Of a stretch of DNA of 64,000 nucleotides, positions 37,525 to 48,033 are shown in pieces. Position 1 is the stretch's first letter; each line of letters starts with the position of its first letter. Under the pieces are notes generated by a model that saw nothing but the letters and a program-made list of their open reading frames with translations, did not search any database and had not been told where the DNA came from. This DNA is from Candidatus Campbellbacteria bacterium GW2011_OD1_34_28 (GTDB taxonomy: Bacteria; Patescibacteriota; Minisyncoccia; Phycocordibacterales; UBA12079): NCBI GenBank assembly GCA_001029775.1, contig CP011215.1, positions 274,685 through 338,684 of the forward strand, read 5' to 3'. Both the position numbers and the translations under genes were made by a program.

Positions 37525-40500
37525 ATGACTAACGAAAATAATATTAATAATAAATCTGAGACAGCCAAGAATGAAGAAAACATTATAAAGTTTTGGCAGG
37601 AGAACAAAATTTTTGAAAAATCCGTAGAGAAAGAAGCTCCGAACGGCGAGTTTACTTTTTATGACGGACCTCCTTTTGCTACCGGTCTTCCGCACTATGG
37701 GCATCTTTTGCCTGGGACGATGAAAGATATTATTCCTCGTTATCAAACAATGAAAGGCAAAAGAGTTAATCGTCGTTGGGGTTGGGATTGTCACGGTCTA
37801 CCGATTGAGAATTTGATTGAAGATGAATTGGGACTTAAAACAAAAAAAGATATTTTTGAACATGGAGTAGAAAAATTTAATCAGTCTGCAAAAGACAGCG
37901 TTCTTCGTTATGATGCTGATTGGAAAAAGATTATTCCAAGAACGGGAAGGTGGGTGGATATGTCGCACAGTTACAAGACTATGGACACGACCTATTCAGA
38001 AACTATTTGGTGGATTTTTAAAACTGTCTACGAAAAGAAATTAATTTATGAAGGACATAAAGCAATGCATTTGTGCCCTCGATGTGAAACAACACTTTCT
38101 AATTTTGAGGTTAATCAAGGGTACAAAGATATAAAAGATATTTCGGTTACTGCAAAATTTGAAGTTGAACATACCAATAGTACGAATGATACTAATGATA
38201 CGAATAATACAAATACTAAGACTTATATTTTAGCTTGGACTACTACACCATGGACTTTGCCTGGTAATGTTGCTTTGGCTGTCGGAAAAGATATCGATTA
38301 TGTAGAAGTAGAAGTTTTGCCAGAATCAGATATTAGAGAAGTTGGAAACACGGATTATAAAGTCCTTCCAATAGAATATTATATTTTAGCTAAAGAAAAA
38401 TTAGAAAGTGTTTTTGGGGGTCGTCGTTATAGCGTTAAGGAAGAATTTAAAGGATCAGAGCTTGTTGGAAAATCTTATAAACCGGTTTTTGATTATTATC
38501 AAAACGAAGATTTAGAAAATAAAGAAAACGGTTGGAAAATTTACGGGGCGGATTTTGTGACGACCGAGGACGGAACGGGAATTGTTCACATCGCTCCGGC
38601 TTTTGGATCGGACGATATGGAATTGGGAAAGAAAGAAAATTTGCCGTTTATTCAGCATGTCACAGTGGACGGAAAATTTAAACCTGAAGTAAAAGACTTT
38701 GTCGGTTTGACAGTAAAGCCAAAAGACACAAAAGAAGATGCCAGTGCGCACCTGAGAACAGATATTGAGATTGTCAGATGGCTACAAGAACACGACAAGT
38801 TTTTCTCGAAGGAAAATTTGGTCCACTCCTATCCTCATTGTTGGAGATGCAATACACCGCTTTTGAATTATGCGACATCATCGTGGTTTTTGAAGGTGAC
38901 CGATTTGAAGGATAAATTGTTGGAGGTAAATAGCAAAATTCACTGGGTGCCGGAACACATCAGAGACGGAAGATTTGGAAAATGGTTGGAAGGGGCGAGA
39001 GATTGGGCGATTTCCAGAACGCGTTTTTGGGGTGCACCTTTACCAGTTTGGAAATGTAAAGAATGTGACAATGTTCATGTACTTGGTTCTATTGAAGACC
39101 TTAAACAAAAAACAAGAGGCACTAACAAATATTTTGTAATGCGACACGGCGAAGCGGAAAACAATACTTTGAATGTTTCCAGCACGAAAGCAGAAAATCC
39201 CCATCACTTAACTGACAAAGGAAAAGAACAGGTATTGGGTGCGATTGCAAAATTGAAAGAAAAGAAAATTGATTTTATTATCTCGTCTCCTTTTGTTAGG
39301 ACAAAAGAGACGACTGAAATGATTGCGAAAGAAATCGGTATCAACGAAATAATTTTTGATGACAGATTGATAGAGGCACAGGTAGGTGATTTTGAAGGAA
39401 AAGATATTTCCGAATACAGAAATTATACGAAATCTTTGGAAGAAAAATTTTTGCAAACTCCGCCTAACGGAGAAAGTTTGACCGAGTTAAAAAACAGAGT
39501 AGGGGATTTTATTTACGAGATTGATAAAAAATATTCCGACAAAAATATTTTGATTGTTACTCATGAATATCCAGCTTGGTTGTTGATTGCCGTGACAAAA
39601 GGACTAAATGGCACAGAGGCGGTTGAATTGAAACACAAAGAAAATCTTTTTGAAAATGCCGACATAAAAGAATTGGATTTTGCACCAATTTCTCATAACA
39701 AAAATTATGAGTCTGATTTGCATATGCCATATATAGACGAGATAAAATTTGCTTGTGAATGTGGAGGAGAGATGGAAAGAATCAAAGAAGTTTTTGATTG
39801 TTGGTTTGAATCTGGCGCGATGCCTTATGCTTCGAATCATTATCCTTTTGAAAATCTGGACAAATTTAATCCTGAAAAAGGTATTGGTTTTCCGGCTGAT
39901 TTTATTGCTGAAGGAACCGATCAGACCAGAGGGTGGTTTTATACATCATTGGTTTTGTCGACCGCATTGTTTGAAAAAGCGTCTTTCCAAAATGTAATTG
40001 TAAACGGAATGATAATGGCAGAGGACGGCAAAAAAATGTCAAAGAGTCTCAGAAATTATCCCGATATTTCGTATATGTTGGATAAATACGGAGCGGATGC
40101 TCTAAGATACTATATTATTTCTTCTCCAGCTGTTCGTGCCGAGGATTTAAATTTTTCTGAAAAGGGAGTAGATGAGATTTTGAAAAAAATTATTTTGAAA
40201 ACAAAAAATGTTTTGTCTTTTTATGAATTGTATAAAGACGAAATCTCTGCAGAGGTTAAACCTCTGCAAAGCGACAATGTTCTTGATAGATGGATTATTG
40301 CTCGTTTGAATCAATTAATTGTAGAAGTTACGACAGGATTGGACAATTACGAATTAGATAGAGCATCCAGACCGATTGTTGATTTTGTCGAAGATCTTTC
40401 TACTTGGTATATTCGTCGTTCAAGAGATAGGTTTAAGGGGGAAGACGAAAAAGACAAGAATTTTGCAATAGAAACGACAGGTTTTGTTTTGAAAGAATTA

Positions 40501-41115
40501 ACAAAAGTAATGGCTCCGTTTATGCCGTTTGTCGCCGAAGAGGTTTATCAAAGAGTAAAAGGTAATGAAGGAAAAGAAAGTGTCCATTTAGAAAACTGGT
40601 CAGAAGTTGAAAAAGTGGACGAAAAGATTTTGGAAGAAATGAAAAGGGTGAGAGATATTGTGTCGCTGGCTTTGGAGGCGAGAGCAAAGACGGGGATAAA
40701 GGTGAGACAACCGCTTCAAAAGCTGACAGCTTACAGCCAACAGCCTACAGCAATGGACGAAGAATTGGTTGGTGTCATTAAAGATGAGGTGAATGTGAAG
40801 GATGTGGTATTTGAAAAAGGAGATGAAGAGAAGGTTGAATTAGATATAGAAATCACCCCGGAACTAAAAGCCGAAGGGCAATATAGAGAACTGCTTCGAA
40901 ATATTCAGAGGATGAGAAAAGATGCAAACCTTGTGCCGAACGATTTGGTAGAGTTGGAAGTAGAAACAGATGAAGTAGGAAAAGAATTGATAGAAAAATT
41001 TGCCGAAGATTTGAAACGTACGGCTGGATTAGAAAAAATAGAATTTGAGGGTGTCGATGACGGAGAAAATATAAAAATCGACAATCTAACTTTTAAAATA
41101 AAATTAGAAAAATAA
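37525..41115 (+). CDS. ileS: Isoleucine--tRNA ligase (type 2) with inserted histidine phosphatase domain
   Basis: DGPPFATGLPHYGH, GWDCHGLP, WTTTPWTLP, KMSKS; RHGEA insert. Confidence 0.96.
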   Translation: MTNENNINNKSETAKNEENIIKFWQENKIFEKSVEKEAPNGEFTFYDGPPFATGLPHYGHLLPGTMKDIIPRYQTMKGKRVNRRWGWDCHGLPIENLIEDELGLKTKKDIFEHGVEKFNQSAKDSVLRYDADWKKIIPRTGRWVDMSHSYKTMDTTYSETIWWIFKTVYEKKLIYEGHKAMHLCPRCETTLSNFEVNQGYKDIKDISVTAKFEVEHTNSTNDTNDTNNTNTKTYILAWTTTPWTLPGNVALAVGKDIDYVEVEVLPESDIREVGNTDYKVLPIEYYILAKEKLESVFGGRRYSVKEEFKGSELVGKSYKPVFDYYQNEDLENKENGWKIYGADFVTTEDGTGIVHIAPAFGSDDMELGKKENLPFIQHVTVDGKFKPEVKDFVGLTVKPKDTKEDASAHLRTDIEIVRWLQEHDKFFSKENLVHSYPHCWRCNTPLLNYATSSWFLKVTDLKDKLLEVNSKIHWVPEHIRDGRFGKWLEGARDWAISRTRFWGAPLPVWKCKECDNVHVLGSIEDLKQKTRGTNKYFVMRHGEAENNTLNVSSTKAENPHHLTDKGKEQVLGAIAKLKEKKIDFIISSPFVRTKETTEMIAKEIGINEIIFDDRLIEAQVGDFEGKDISEYRNYTKSLEEKFLQTPPNGESLTELKNRVGDFIYEIDKKYSDKNILIVTHEYPAWLLIAVTKGLNGTEAVELKHKENLFENADIKELDFAPISHNKNYESDLHMPYIDEIKFACECGGEMERIKEVFDCWFESGAMPYASNHYPFENLDKFNPEKGIGFPADFIAEGTDQTRGWFYTSLVLSTALFEKASFQNVIVNGMIMAEDGKKMSKSLRNYPDISYMLDKYGADALRYYIISSPAVRAEDLNFSEKGVDEILKKIILKTKNVLSFYELYKDEISAEVKPLQSDNVLDRWIIARLNQLIVEVTTGLDNYELDRASRPIVDFVEDLSTWYIRRSRDRFKGEDEKDKNFAIETTGFVLKELTKVMAPFMPFVAEEVYQRVKGNEGKESVHLENWSEVEKVDEKILEEMKRVRDIVSLALEARAKTGIKVRQPLQKLTAYSQQPTAMDEELVGVIKDEVNVKDVVFEKGDEEKVELDIEITPELKAEGQYRELLRNIQRMRKDANLVPNDLVELEVETDEVGKELIEKFAEDLKRTAGLEKIEFEGVDDGENIKIDNLTFKIKLEK

Positions 41116-41191
41116 AGTTAAGCAAAAAGTGCAGTTAACTGCACTTTTTGCTTAACTTACACCTTGCACCTTACTCCTGTATACTGTCCCT

Positions 41192-41791
41192 ATGAGCCAT
41201 AACATCTACAACACAGAGGGGATTGTTTTAGGAAGTTTTGCTATTGGTGAGGCGGACAAATTTTTTCGGATTTTCACGAGAGAATTGGGATTGATAGAAG
41301 CGACAGCACAGGGCATTAGAAAAACAGAATCAAAAAATCGTTACGGTTTGCAAGATTTTTCTCTTCTTCACATTTCTTTGGTACGGGGGAGAGAAGTATG
41401 GAGAATTACAAGTGTCTCTACAATAAAAAATCTATTTTTTGATTTGGAAGAAAAAAAAGATGCCCGAGAATCTTTGATAAAAATAATTTTATTTATACAG
41501 AAATTGGTTCACGGAGAAGAAAAGAATGAAAAATTATTTGACCTTGTTTTGAATGCTTTTGAATTTTTGAAACGAAAAGAAATTAGCTCAACCTCTTTGA
41601 AAAGTTTTGAGACTATTTATTTTTTAAAAATATTGGATAACTTGGGATATTTTGATAAAAATATTCAGGAGGAAAAATTTAAAGATTTTTTGAGTTGCGA
41701 TGTAACTGATGATTTAATCAATAAGATGTCTTTTGTTGAAAAAGATGCACAAAGAGAAATAGACGAGGCTTTGAGAGAAACACATTTGTAA
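41192..41791 (+). CDS. recO: DNA repair protein RecO
   Basis: TEGIVL...GEADK...FTRELG...AQGIRK..SK. Confidence 0.88.
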   Translation: MSHNIYNTEGIVLGSFAIGEADKFFRIFTRELGLIEATAQGIRKTESKNRYGLQDFSLLHISLVRGREVWRITSVSTIKNLFFDLEEKKDARESLIKIILFIQKLVHGEEKNEKLFDLVLNAFEFLKRKEISSTSLKSFETIYFLKILDNLGYFDKNIQEEKFKDFLSCDVTDDLINKMSFVEKDAQREIDEALRETHL

Positions 41792-41849
41792 ACGAGAAAA
41801 TAAGGGTTAAGGGGTAAGATATAAGGAGTGAGTAGAAAAAATAAGAAAT

Positions 41850-41957
41850 AAAAAAAGCGGTACATGGTACCGCTGAAAGAACGAGGCGTTCGCTTCCTGT
41901 TCCTGGTATGGATATACTGCTTGAACGGTAGGGTGAAGTTGATCGGAAGCGAACGCT
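41850..41957 (-). ncRNA. Candidate stand-alone small RNA
   Basis: TTGACA-16-TATTAT promoter, 12-bp closing stem, then terminator hairpin plus T-tract; no ORF. Confidence 0.65.
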
Positions 41958-42058
41958 AATTTAATAATATATGAAAGTAGATTCTTGTCAATAAAAATTA
42001 GTTTCACTTGTATTACTAGCTAATTTTAAATTATTTCAAATTTGGTATAATTATCTTT

Positions 42059-43984
42059 ATGTTTGAAGATAAAAATTATAGTAAGTTGGAGGGGTTAAAA
42101 AAAGGACTCTATTCTGCAAAAAATGTCTTTGTGAAAAAAGATGTTTCAGGACTGCACTCAAAAAATTATGATGTAAAAACCGATTGGGAAAAGGAAGCTC
42201 CTGTCATCGATGATAATTTCAACAACAATCAAATGCCAATAAAAAATAAATCAAAAAAAGAAAAAAACTTTGTTGAAAAGTTTTTGATATTTTCCTCTGT
42301 TCTGTTTTTTGTTGCGGCAATTCTTGTTTTGTTTACAATTTTTGGAGGAATAAATAATATATCAACATCCAATGTAGATATCTCTGTTATCGGACCTGCC
42401 ACTATAGAAAGTGGTGGAGAATTATCTTTGCAAATTAGTATAGAAAATAAAAACTCTACTGATCTAGAATTGGTGGATTTGGTTGTTAAATATCCGAAAG
42501 GGACTCGCTCTGTTTCTGGAGAAAGTATGGAAAAATTCACTGAACCACTGGGTACGATTCGTTCGGGAAAAGAAGTAAAAAAAGAAGTAAAAGCAGTTTT
42601 GTATGGTGAAGAAAATAGTGAACAACAAATTGTGGTGAGTCTAGAATACAGAATTGCAGACTCAAATGCCATTTTTTTTAAAGAAAGAAGTTTTGATTTA
42701 AAAATTAGCTCTTCACCTGTTAATTTGGTGATCAGTCCGATAGAAGAATCTATCTCAGGACAAGAGGTAAACTTTTCCGTAAGCGTGATTTCAAACACGA
42801 AGGGAGATGTAAATGATCTATTACTGACAGCCGAGTATCCTTTTGGGTTTGAGTTTATTAGTTCCGATCCAAAACCAGATTTTAGTGATAATGCTTGGAA
42901 AATAGATGGTGAAAAACAGGTTATAAATATCAAGGGTATTATAACAGGACAAGAAGGTGACGAGAGAGTATTTAAATTTACTTGTGGAACTCCCGATGAT
43001 AACAATGAGAAAAAAATCAGTGCAATTTTTGCTATTGCTGAAAAATCTTTGGAAGTGAAAAGACCATTCTTGGGTATTGATTTGGCAATAAATGGGGATA
43101 GCCGTGCTGAATATATTTTGGCTCCGAACAAACCTATCAGAGTGGATGTTACTTGGAAAAATAATTCTCCTGAAAAAATTCTCGATGCCGAAATCTCTGT
43201 TAAATTGAAAGGAACAATCATAAACAAAACTAGTATCAATGTTGAAAAAGGATTTTATCGTTCAACCGACAATACTATTGTTTGGGATAAAAGAACAAAT
43301 GCTGATTTAGCAGAAGTAGTTTTGGGTGACAGTGGAAGATTTAGTTTCTATTTTGAGCCAGTAGGAATTAGCACGAGAGGGTCTTTTGTTAATCCAGAAA
43401 TTTCAATGGAGGTAAGTGCAAAAGGAAACAGAGTTTTTGAGAATGCTACTCCCGAAGAAGTGATATCTACAATGACTAGAACAATAAAAATATCTTCTGA
43501 CCTAGCAGTTACTCCTAGGGCAACATATTATTCAGGTCCTTTTACCAATTCGGGTTCATTGCCTCCTCAGGTAGAAAAAGAAACGAGCTATACAATCACA
43601 TGGACAGTCACAAACACAATGAATGATATTTCGGGAGTGAGGGTGATATCATCTTTGCCTCCGTATGTGAGATGGTTAGGAGTTGTTTCTCCATCATCAG
43701 AAAAAATTTCTTACAATCCTGTTGGTGGAGAAATATCTTGGAATGTTGGTGATGTTGATTCTGGGACAGGAATAAATATTCCTTCAAAAGAAATTTCTTT
43801 TCAAGTAATGTTACTTCCGAGTGTTAGTCAAATAGGACAAACTCCAGATTTAACTACCGAAGTTGTTGTAACCGGAAAGGATATGTTTACAAACGCTTCT
43901 TTGAGAGAAGTGTTTAGAAGTGTAAACACAAGACTGAGCACAGATCCAGGTTTTAACGCATCAAAGGCCAATGTGGTAGAATAG
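42059..43984 (+). CDS. Membrane-anchored multi-Ig-like hypothetical protein
   Basis: One TM then repeated beta-sandwich-like modules. Confidence 0.75.
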   Translation: MFEDKNYSKLEGLKKGLYSAKNVFVKKDVSGLHSKNYDVKTDWEKEAPVIDDNFNNNQMPIKNKSKKEKNFVEKFLIFSSVLFFVAAILVLFTIFGGINNISTSNVDISVIGPATIESGGELSLQISIENKNSTDLELVDLVVKYPKGTRSVSGESMEKFTEPLGTIRSGKEVKKEVKAVLYGEENSEQQIVVSLEYRIADSNAIFFKERSFDLKISSSPVNLVISPIEESISGQEVNFSVSVISNTKGDVNDLLLTAEYPFGFEFISSDPKPDFSDNAWKIDGEKQVINIKGIITGQEGDERVFKFTCGTPDDNNEKKISAIFAIAEKSLEVKRPFLGIDLAINGDSRAEYILAPNKPIRVDVTWKNNSPEKILDAEISVKLKGTIINKTSINVEKGFYRSTDNTIVWDKRTNADLAEVVLGDSGRFSFYFEPVGISTRGSFVNPEISMEVSAKGNRVFENATPEEVISTMTRTIKISSDLAVTPRATYYSGPFTNSGSLPPQVEKETSYTITWTVTNTMNDISGVRVISSLPPYVRWLGVVSPSSEKISYNPVGGEISWNVGDVDSGTGINIPSKEISFQVMLLPSVSQIGQTPDLTTEVVVTGKDMFTNASLREVFRSVNTRLSTDPGFNASKANVVE

Positions 43985-44032
43985 ATTGATTTTTCAAAAA
44001 GTTTAGTAAAATGATCGCTATAAAATAAAAAA

Positions 44033-45409
44033 ATGGAAAAAGAAACAGAGCAAAATAAAATGGATAAAATAATTTCTCTCGCAAAGAGAAGAGGGTTTGT
44101 GTATCAAGGATCAGAGATTTACGGCGGTTTGGGAGGAACTTATTCATACGGCCCATTAGGTGTTGAATTGAAAAACAATATTAAACAACTTTGGTGGAAA
44201 AAATTTGTTCAAGATCGAACCGATGTCGTTGGAATTGATGGCCCTATTTTGCTTCACCCAAAATTGTGGGAAGCCTCAGGACACAAAGCTGGATTTGGAG
44301 ACGCAATGGTTGATTGTAAAGAATGTAAAAAAAGATTTAGAGCAGATCACTTGGTGGAAGAAGCTATTGGTATTGATATGGAAGGGGAGAACGAAAAGAT
44401 GAACCAAGCTATTCAAGAAAATAAAATAAAATGTCCCGCTTGCGGAAAATTTAACTGGACCGATGTTCGCGATTTCAATATGATGTTCAAGACAGAAATG
44501 AATGGAGTAGAAGAATCTGTTTTTTTGAGACCAGAAACTGCGGGAGCAATTTTTATTGAATTTAAAAATATTATTGATTCAACAAGAAAGAAAATTCCTT
44601 TTGGTATTGCCCAAATCGGAAAGGCTTTTAGAAATGAAATAGTAGCAGGCAATTTTATTTTCAGACTTCGTGAATTTGAACAAATGGAAATAGAATATTT
44701 GATTCACCCAAATATGGATTGGGAGCCTTTGTTTGAAGAATGGATAAAATTGCAAGAAGATTTTGCTTTGGAATTGGGTGCTAAACGAGAAGACTTGAGA
44801 AGAAGAGAACACTCGAAAGAAAAGCTTTCTCATTATTCAAAAAAGACAGTGGATATAGAATACAATTTTCCGTTTGGAGGTTTTAAAGAGCTTTTTGGAT
44901 TGGCACACAGAGGTGATTTTGATTTAACTCAACACAGCAAATATTCAAACGAAAAGTTGGAATATTTTGATCAAGATAGCGGAGAGAGATTCACTCCTCA
45001 TATTATAGAGCCAACATTTGGTGTTGAGAGAAGTTTACTAATGACACTTATTTCTGCGTACAACGAAGAAGAAGTAGAGGGGGAAATGCGAGTAGTTTTG
45101 AAATTACCTAAAAAAATCGCTCCTGTTAAAGTAGCTATTTTGCCTCTTTCTAAAAAAGAAGAACTGACAAAACCAACAATGGAATTGTTTAATAGTTTGA
45201 AAAATTCTTTTGTTTGTCAGTATGACGAAACGCAATCAATTGGAAAGAGATACAGAAGACAAGACGAGATTGGTACACCATTTTGCATTACATTTGATTT
45301 TGATTCTTTGAATGATTTGTCAGTGACTGTTCGTGATAGAGATACGATGAAACAAGACAGAGTAAAGATTGAAGAAGTTGAAAGTTATCTAAAAGAAAAA
45401 TTGAAGTAA
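44033..45409 (+). CDS. glyQS: Glycine--tRNA ligase (alpha2 type)
   Basis: KRRGF..GSEIYGG, LRPETA, QIGKAFRNE, REFEQME, IGKRYRRQDEIGTP. Confidence 0.97.
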   Translation: MEKETEQNKMDKIISLAKRRGFVYQGSEIYGGLGGTYSYGPLGVELKNNIKQLWWKKFVQDRTDVVGIDGPILLHPKLWEASGHKAGFGDAMVDCKECKKRFRADHLVEEAIGIDMEGENEKMNQAIQENKIKCPACGKFNWTDVRDFNMMFKTEMNGVEESVFLRPETAGAIFIEFKNIIDSTRKKIPFGIAQIGKAFRNEIVAGNFIFRLREFEQMEIEYLIHPNMDWEPLFEEWIKLQEDFALELGAKREDLRRREHSKEKLSHYSKKTVDIEYNFPFGGFKELFGLAHRGDFDLTQHSKYSNEKLEYFDQDSGERFTPHIIEPTFGVERSLLMTLISAYNEEEVEGEMRVVLKLPKKIAPVKVAILPLSKKEELTKPTMELFNSLKNSFVCQYDETQSIGKRYRRQDEIGTPFCITFDFDSLNDLSVTVRDRDTMKQDRVKIEEVESYLKEKLK

Positions 45410-45451
45410 AAATAAAAAAATCTGTTGCCGTCCGGCAACAGATTTTTGTTT

Positions 45452-45871
45452 TTAAGATAATTTTTTCATAATCTCGCGGAATTTTTTCAGATTGCTCTGA
45501 AGACGAGAAATTTTAAAATGTTTTCCATCGGTATTTACCAAGAAGGTTGTGATAAAATGCCCACCCCTTGTTGGTTCGGGAGGATCGTTGGAAGAAAAAA
45601 TTTCTGGGATTTCATCACGAATTCTTTTTAAGCACTCGTTACAGACACAAATTAATCCTTCTTTTGCATAGAAAGCAATTTCTTCATGAATTCCGTGGAT
45701 GAAGCGAATATGATCTTTTGAAACGCCAAAAATGAAACTGTTTTTTTCGCCGTTCGGTAGTCTTCCTCCAACAATCGTTTTGCAAAATTTGCATTGCAAT
45801 TGTTCTGGTCCTACGCCGATACTTTTTGCCATGTCCGTTAAAACATTGGCTTTTACATCTAGAAATTTCAT
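45452..45871 (-). CDS. Hypothetical protein (two CxxC)
   Basis: AAGGTGA SD before ATG; CKFC and CNEC. Confidence 0.6.
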   Translation of the reverse strand: MKFLDVKANVLTDMAKSIGVGPEQLQCKFCKTIVGGRLPNGEKNSFIFGVSKDHIRFIHGIHEEIAFYAKEGLICVCNECLKRIRDEIPEIFSSNDPPEPTRGGHFITTFLVNTDGKHFKISRLQSNLKKFREIMKKLS

Positions 45872-46058
45872 TTTTCTCACCTTTAACAGAAGATTATTTA
45901 TCAAATTTCTTCAATTTCTGGATTTACTATATAATATGTTGATATAAAAAACAATCAAAACACTTGTCCCGTTAGAGATGGCGGACGCGGGGCAATATAT
46001 TTAACAAAAAAATTATAAAATATTTAAATTATAGTAACGATTACTTTTTAGGGACTTG

Positions 46059-46093
46059 TCCCGTTAGAAGTAGTCTCGCTACTTCTAACGGGA
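46059..46093. repeat. CCCGTTAGA...TCTAACGGG palindrome abutting a start codon
   Basis: Left arm ACTTGTCCCGTTAGA also at 45962-45976. Confidence 0.7.
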
Positions 46094-47367
46094 TGAAATA
46101 TAAAAAAAAGATTTTAAAAAACGGATTAAGGATAATCACTGTCCCTATGAAAGATAATAATACTGTCACGGCTTTGGTGTTGGTAGAAGCAGGTTCTAAA
46201 TATGAGGAAAAAAATAATAACGGTATTTCACATTTTTTAGAACATGTTTGTTTTAAGGGAACAAAAAACCGTCCCAATCCAGGAGATATTTCCAGAGAAC
46301 TTGATGGTTTGGGAGCAGAAACAAACGCTTTCACATCGCACGAATTTACAGGTTATTATGCAAAGGCTCATTCAAAACATACTCATAAATTGATTGAAAT
46401 AATTTCTGATTTGTATTTAAACCCTGTTTTCAATGAAAATGAAATAAACAAAGAAAAAGGTGTGATTATTGAAGAGATGAATATGTATGAAGATTTGCCG
46501 ATGAGAAAAGTGCATGATGTTTTGATGAATTTGTTGTACGGAGATCAACCTGCTGGGATGACCATTGGAGGCGATCCAAATTTTGTCAAAATAGCTCTTC
46601 CTAAAGATTTTATTGAATATAGGCATAAACATTATGTTGCCTCTGCGACAACAGTTGTTGTGGCGGGGAATATAAACGAAAGTGCTGTTATAAAAGATAT
46701 TGAAAAAAGATTTGAGAATATTTCGGAGTCTAAAAAATATAAAAAATTAAAGGTAAAAGAATCTCAAAAAGATTCACAAATTGCTATCAAACATAAAAAA
46801 CTTGATCAAACTCACTTGGTTTTGGCAGTGAGAGCTTTTGATACATTCAAAAAAGAGAGTGCTGTCGTTTCTGTTATCGCTGGTTTGTTGGGTAGTGGCA
46901 TGAGTTCGCGTCTTTTTACAAAATTACGAGAAGAAATGGGTGTTTGTTATTATGTTCGCTCAGGTAACAACACTTTTACCGATCACGGTTATTTGGACGT
47001 ATCTGTGGGATCGGATAATAAAAGAGCAAAAGAAGTAATAACCGCTATTTTGGAAGAATTTAAAAAATTGAAGACAGAAATAGTTTCTGAAAAAGAATTG
47101 AAAAAAACAAAAGAATATCTTATTGGAGGGATGACGCTATCTTTGGAATCGTCTGATTCATTCGCAGAGTTTTATGGAATTCAGGATATTTTAAAAGAGA
47201 CCATTGAAAGTCCAAAAGAGAAAGCGGACAGAATTAAAAAAGTGACAGCAGGAGATATAAAGAAAACTGCAAACAAAATTTTTACCAATGCCAATTTAAA
47301 TCTTGCCATCGTTGGTGGAGTGGATGAAAAACAAAAACAAGAATTATTAAAACTATTAAAGCTGTAA
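46093..47367 (+). CDS. M16 family (pitrilysin-like) zinc peptidase
   Basis: GISHFLEH (HxxEH), NAFTS, SSRLF..LRE. Confidence 0.95.
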   Translation: MKYKKKILKNGLRIITVPMKDNNTVTALVLVEAGSKYEEKNNNGISHFLEHVCFKGTKNRPNPGDISRELDGLGAETNAFTSHEFTGYYAKAHSKHTHKLIEIISDLYLNPVFNENEINKEKGVIIEEMNMYEDLPMRKVHDVLMNLLYGDQPAGMTIGGDPNFVKIALPKDFIEYRHKHYVASATTVVVAGNINESAVIKDIEKRFENISESKKYKKLKVKESQKDSQIAIKHKKLDQTHLVLAVRAFDTFKKESAVVSVIAGLLGSGMSSRLFTKLREEMGVCYYVRSGNNTFTDHGYLDVSVGSDNKRAKEVITAILEEFKKLKTEIVSEKELKKTKEYLIGGMTLSLESSDSFAEFYGIQDILKETIESPKEKADRIKKVTAGDIKKTANKIFTNANLNLAIVGGVDEKQKQELLKLLKL

Positions 47368-47455
47368 CTTTTTGTGAGCTATTGACTTATTGTGCTTGCA
47401 CACTGTACCATTAATTACAGGATTTTTGACAAAAACTTTTTCGCGGGAGGTTCTT

Positions 47456-47599
47456 ATGGAACAGGAGAGCTTGCGTAAGTTTTTTTGCGGGTTTATTGCG
47501 TTTTTTTTCATCTGTGCGATGATTTTTGGGCAAATTTGGAAGAAGAATTATGATGAAAGATATAATAATCAAGTAAGCAAGATTGAAAAAAATATGTAA
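47456..47599 (+). CDS. Small membrane protein
   Basis: GGGAGG SD; one TM; terminator at 47602-47632. Confidence 0.55.
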   Translation: MEQESLRKFFCGFIAFFFICAMIFGQIWKKNYDERYNNQVSKIEKNM

Positions 47600-47642
47600 T
47601 TAAAAAGCCGAGGGTTACCCCTCGGCTTTTTAAATAAAATAG

Positions 47643-47852
47643 TTAAGCTTTTTTACAACCAAAAATCATATAAATAGCGGAAATACCCACTACTAGATAT
47701 ACGATCGCTTCAACCGTTGGCCATGATCCAAATAGCATGTATACAAGATTTAGGTTTGTATCCATAAGCATTCCTAGACCAACCAAACCCCAATTTAGAC
47801 CACCGACAATTGTTAACCAAAAAGCTATTTTACCCCATATTGTTGAGCACAT
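47643..47852 (-). CDS. DUF378 family membrane protein
   Basis: IVGGLNWGLVG, NLV..LFG, IVYLVVG. Confidence 0.9.
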   Translation of the reverse strand: MCSTIWGKIAFWLTIVGGLNWGLVGLGMLMDTNLNLVYMLFGSWPTVEAIVYLVVGISAIYMIFGCKKA

Positions 47853-48033
47853 AGTTTTTATTTAAATTATTTTTAACAGTTTTTAACAGATCGACCTTTT
47901 ACTTAATTTTATCATTGTCATATTTTTTTAATAGGAGAGTGTTGATAAGTTTTACGAGTATTTTTAATTTTTTATGACGATACCTTGGGTGAAGGGGCTT
48001 GCCCCAGCTTGTTTAGGCTTATATACTAATGGT

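Noticed and set aside
41850..41957. SRP RNA assignment for the small RNA
   Set aside because: The conserved helix-8 GNRA loop with the CAGG/AGCAG internal loop is absent
42229..43239. Long antisense ORFs (also 25800-26504, 27347-27952, 62598-63176)
   Set aside because: Shadows of well-supported genes on the opposite strand
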